In this document: positions 61,812 to 64,000 of the stretch, in pieces
How positions within the stretch are numbered: the first letter of the stretch is position 1
How the letters are laid out: every line of letters begins with the position of its first letter
Origin: an uncultured Bacteroidales bacterium
Lineage (GTDB): Bacteria; Bacteroidota; Bacteroidia; Bacteroidales; Muribaculaceae
DNA length: 64,000 nt
Direction: 5' to 3'
Assembly (NCBI GenBank): GCA_900544535.1
Contig: UQVH01000001.1
Span: 682-64,681 of the forward strand
The notes under the pieces: generated by a model
Told to the model about the DNA's origin: nothing
The model's database searches: none
The model's input: the letters and a program-made list of their open reading frames with translations, nothing else
Program-made: the position numbers and the translations under genes

Positions 61812-63461
61812 TCAGAAATTGCCGTGGATCTTGCCCCGGCCTGCGCAGGACACACACTTTCCGCGGCCCTTGCACAGACTGCATTTGCTCTTGTTGTCAT
61901 TGACCAAGCCGCTACCACCGCAATGCTGACAAAGGCCGCTGCCGTTGCAACCGCGGCACTGTGCCTCATGACGGTTGTAATTGCTGCCGTTATTGGTCGA
62001 CTGACCGTTTGAAACGGAGCTTTCAGGAACATACCCTCCGGCAACCGCCGCACCCATCACCTCGTCGGAAACATGAGTCTTGTCAATCATCCGACCACCT
62101 GTCGCGGGCACCGTCACATTCGTTTTGCTCGACGATGAACCGGAATTTCCGCCGAGATAATTTGCGAAAATTCCGAGAACCGAACCCAACATGCGGGCCT
62201 GACGGGCCTCGGCTTCGGAGGTCACCATCGCCGCATGACCGCGCACATTATTGTAACGCTGCACATATTCTGCCATCTGTGTCGATCTATATTGCACCTG
62301 TGAAAGATAGCTTTCAGCTTCGGATCTGAACGAACTGTCACCGCTGCCTATATATGCCTTGAGAAGATTTCCCGACATATTCAGAGATTGCAGTATCAGA
62401 TTGGCATCCGACACGACATTTTCCTCGTTTGCCGGCAAGCCCGACCCGCTTTCCATAGACTCCACGATGATTCTGTATCTCATCTGCGAAGATATGATTT
62501 TCTCCATCAGAGCGGCGCCTGCATAGAACTTGGCCCAAGGAGCTTCGATCCCCTCGCGCGAGTAGAAATCCACAACCTCGTCAAACTTGCGGTTGGCAAA
62601 GAGAGCCTCACCCTTGTCGCGGTAAGTAGTGTTGTAGGCTTTGGTCGGCACGTAAGTTTTGGCATAATCGTCGGTCGCGCGCGCACGCACCTTCCATTCG
62701 TTCTGATAATTGTAAACTTCATAGAACTCAGCGGGAATGTCGAAGTCGGAATTGTCGAGACATTTCATACCCTTAACCTTCGCACCCATGTCGTTAGTAG
62801 TCTCGTAGACAGTACATTTGGCATTGGAGACTATTTCAATGTAGTCAGCCTTGTCGATAACCACTGCCCCGTCGCCACGGACCAATTTGCCCGATTCATA
62901 GCCTTTACCGGCATACAGCGACAGATAAACGATAGATCCTGACTTCTTATGCGGATATTCGTAAGCCATGGTCAGCGGCGAATCCGAAAGATAAACATAA
63001 TTACCGTTGAAAACAGCGAAATTATGCTTCGGGAACTTCGCGGTCGATTGTCCCTGCCGGTCGAATACTTCGGCTCCGTCATTCTTGGTAAAACCCCAGA
63101 ATCCATCTGCCGATGGCTGCGTGACCACAGCGACCGTTTCACCCGTCGGTTTATCCTTGTCATTTACGAGATTTACGGTGAAACGGTCCGACGTAAGTTC
63201 GGGAATATATATCACAGCCTCATATTTCAAGGGCAAGATAAGATTGCCATCCTTATCGGCTATTCCGCACTTGTAATCTTTATCCGTGACACGGTAAAAA
63301 GGAGATTCGGGTGCATTTTCAAAAACCTCGACCAACTTTGCGCCGAGGTTTTTCTTGAGAGTCTTACACACCTCTTTCTGTTCTTTTGAAATTTTCGGTC
63401 CGGCATATACCGCCGAAACGCAACCGAACAGCAGAGTCAGTGCAATCAGCAATTTTTTCAT
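61812..63461 (-). CDS. Secreted lipoprotein with a C-terminal DnaJ-type (CxxCxGxG)x4 zinc-finger tail
   Basis: Lipobox LLFGCVS. C-terminus CRGCNGSGLCQHCGGSG...CSLCKGRGKCVSCAGRGKIHGNF. Confidence 0.5.
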   Translation of the reverse strand: MKKLLIALTLLFGCVSAVYAGPKISKEQKEVCKTLKKNLGAKLVEVFENAPESPFYRVTDKDYKCGIADKDGNLILPLKYEAVIYIPELTSDRFTVNLVNDKDKPTGETVAVVTQPSADGFWGFTKNDGAEVFDRQGQSTAKFPKHNFAVFNGNYVYLSDSPLTMAYEYPHKKSGSIVYLSLYAGKGYESGKLVRGDGAVVIDKADYIEIVSNAKCTVYETTNDMGAKVKGMKCLDNSDFDIPAEFYEVYNYQNEWKVRARATDDYAKTYVPTKAYNTTYRDKGEALFANRKFDEVVDFYSREGIEAPWAKFYAGAALMEKIISSQMRYRIIVESMESGSGLPANEENVVSDANLILQSLNMSGNLLKAYIGSGDSSFRSEAESYLSQVQYRSTQMAEYVQRYNNVRGHAAMVTSEAEARQARMLGSVLGIFANYLGGNSGSSSSKTNVTVPATGGRMIDKTHVSDEVMGAAVAGGYVPESSVSNGQSTNNGSNYNRHEAQCRGCNGSGLCQHCGGSGLVNDNKSKCSLCKGRGKCVSCAGRGKIHGNF

Positions 63462-63513
63462 GATCTTTTTATGATATTACGGAATGTGTCAAAATACCTC
63501 TTCCAAGATTCCG

Positions 63514-64000
63514 TCAGAAATTGCCGTGGATCTTGCCCCGGCCTGCGCAGGACACACAGGTTCCGCGGCCGTGACAGAGGCTGCATTTGCTCTTATAGTT
63601 GTTGACCCAACCGCTGCCGCCGCAATGCTGGCAACGACCTGTTCCGTTACAGCCGCGGCACTGTGCCTCATGACGGTTGTAGTTGCTGCCGGAATTATTG
63701 TTGTTATAACTGCCCGATCCGCCGCTGTAACCGCCGCTGTAATCTGAGGCGACAGTCTGAAACACTATGACATTATCGGCAAACGTGTGTGGGCGTACTT
63801 CCTTGTACTGATTAACACAACGCGAATTCTGATATTGCTGAGCGTAGACTTCTCCGCTCGGAGTCACATACCACAGATTTCCGTTAGTGAAATTGAAATT
63901 TGAATCAAAGCCATATCCGGCTGAAAGAGTCACGTATTTTTCTCCGCTCGGTTTGGTGAGAGTACCCGTATAAGAGACGTTGTTCACTTGACCGTTACAT
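63514..64000 (-). CDS. Secreted(?) protein with the same C-terminal (CxxCxGxG)x4 zinc-finger tail; N-terminus probably beyond the window end
   Basis: C-terminal 55 aa nearly identical to the upstream gene. The first ~46 nt of the 3' ends (61812-61857 / 63514-63559) are identical. No signal peptide follows the first in-window Met. Confidence 0.4.
   Translation of the reverse strand, partial: CNGQVNNVSYTGTLTKPSGEKYVTLSAGYGFDSNFNFTNGNLWYVTPSGEVYAQQYQNSRCVNQYKEVRPHTFADNVIVFQTVASDYSGGYSGGSGSYNNNNSGSNYNRHEAQCRGCNGTGRCQHCGGSGWVNNYKSKCSLCHGRGTCVSCAGRGKIHGNF

Overview
High-GC (~58-60%) Bacteroidota (Bacteroidales-like) chromosomal window. T9SS C-terminal sorting domains are present, and Bacteroides-type TAnnTTTG -7 promoter boxes sit upstream of many genes.

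Housekeeping genes called with good confidence: typA/bipA (5' partial), recA, metF, lepB, dapB, ribH, uvrC, apt, mnmG, ybeY, frr, pyrH and rnhB. Also present are a LysR regulator with split ThrE exporter genes, an MFS transporter, several GT2 glycosyltransferases, WbqC, an LD-carboxypeptidase and a radical SAM gene.

Accessory content:
1. A minus-strand type-V-pilus (Mfa/Fim-like) operon at 1351-10646. It runs DUF3575 outer-membrane protein, Mfa2-like lipoprotein, then three large paralogous fimbrillin/tip-adhesin-like lipoproteins with GLUG-repeat and beta-helix-like C-terminal extensions. Two of the paralogs share a 100% identical ~500 bp 5' module, which reads as gene conversion.
2. An OLD-family-like ABC-ATPase/Toprim (DUF4435) gene next to that operon, with an atypical Walker B motif.
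3. A cobalamin riboswitch directly upstream of a 1002-aa T9SS-secreted Big_2 surface protein.
4. A tightly packed six-gene plus-strand operon at 31332-38675: SPFH domain fused to a quadruple zinc ribbon, a membrane protein, a 733-aa coiled-coil protein with a polyacidic tail, two paralogous coiled-coil proteins, and a beta-helix Toastrack/bactofilin-like protein. This looks like an undescribed Psp-like membrane-stress, membrane-remodelling or defence module and is the top candidate for a novel system.
5. AT-rich islets: tandem cassettes of small membrane proteins, a small T9SS-cargo gene, and a 672-aa secreted protein.
6. A ~200-320 bp nested-hairpin element with terminal inverted repeats, present twice.
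7. Two adjacent secreted proteins that end in a DnaJ-type (CxxCxGxG)x4 zinc-finger tail encoded by near-identical 3' ends.
8. An orphan OmpR-type response regulator whose phospho-acceptor Asp is replaced by Glu.

No CRISPR array, rRNA or tRNA was found.
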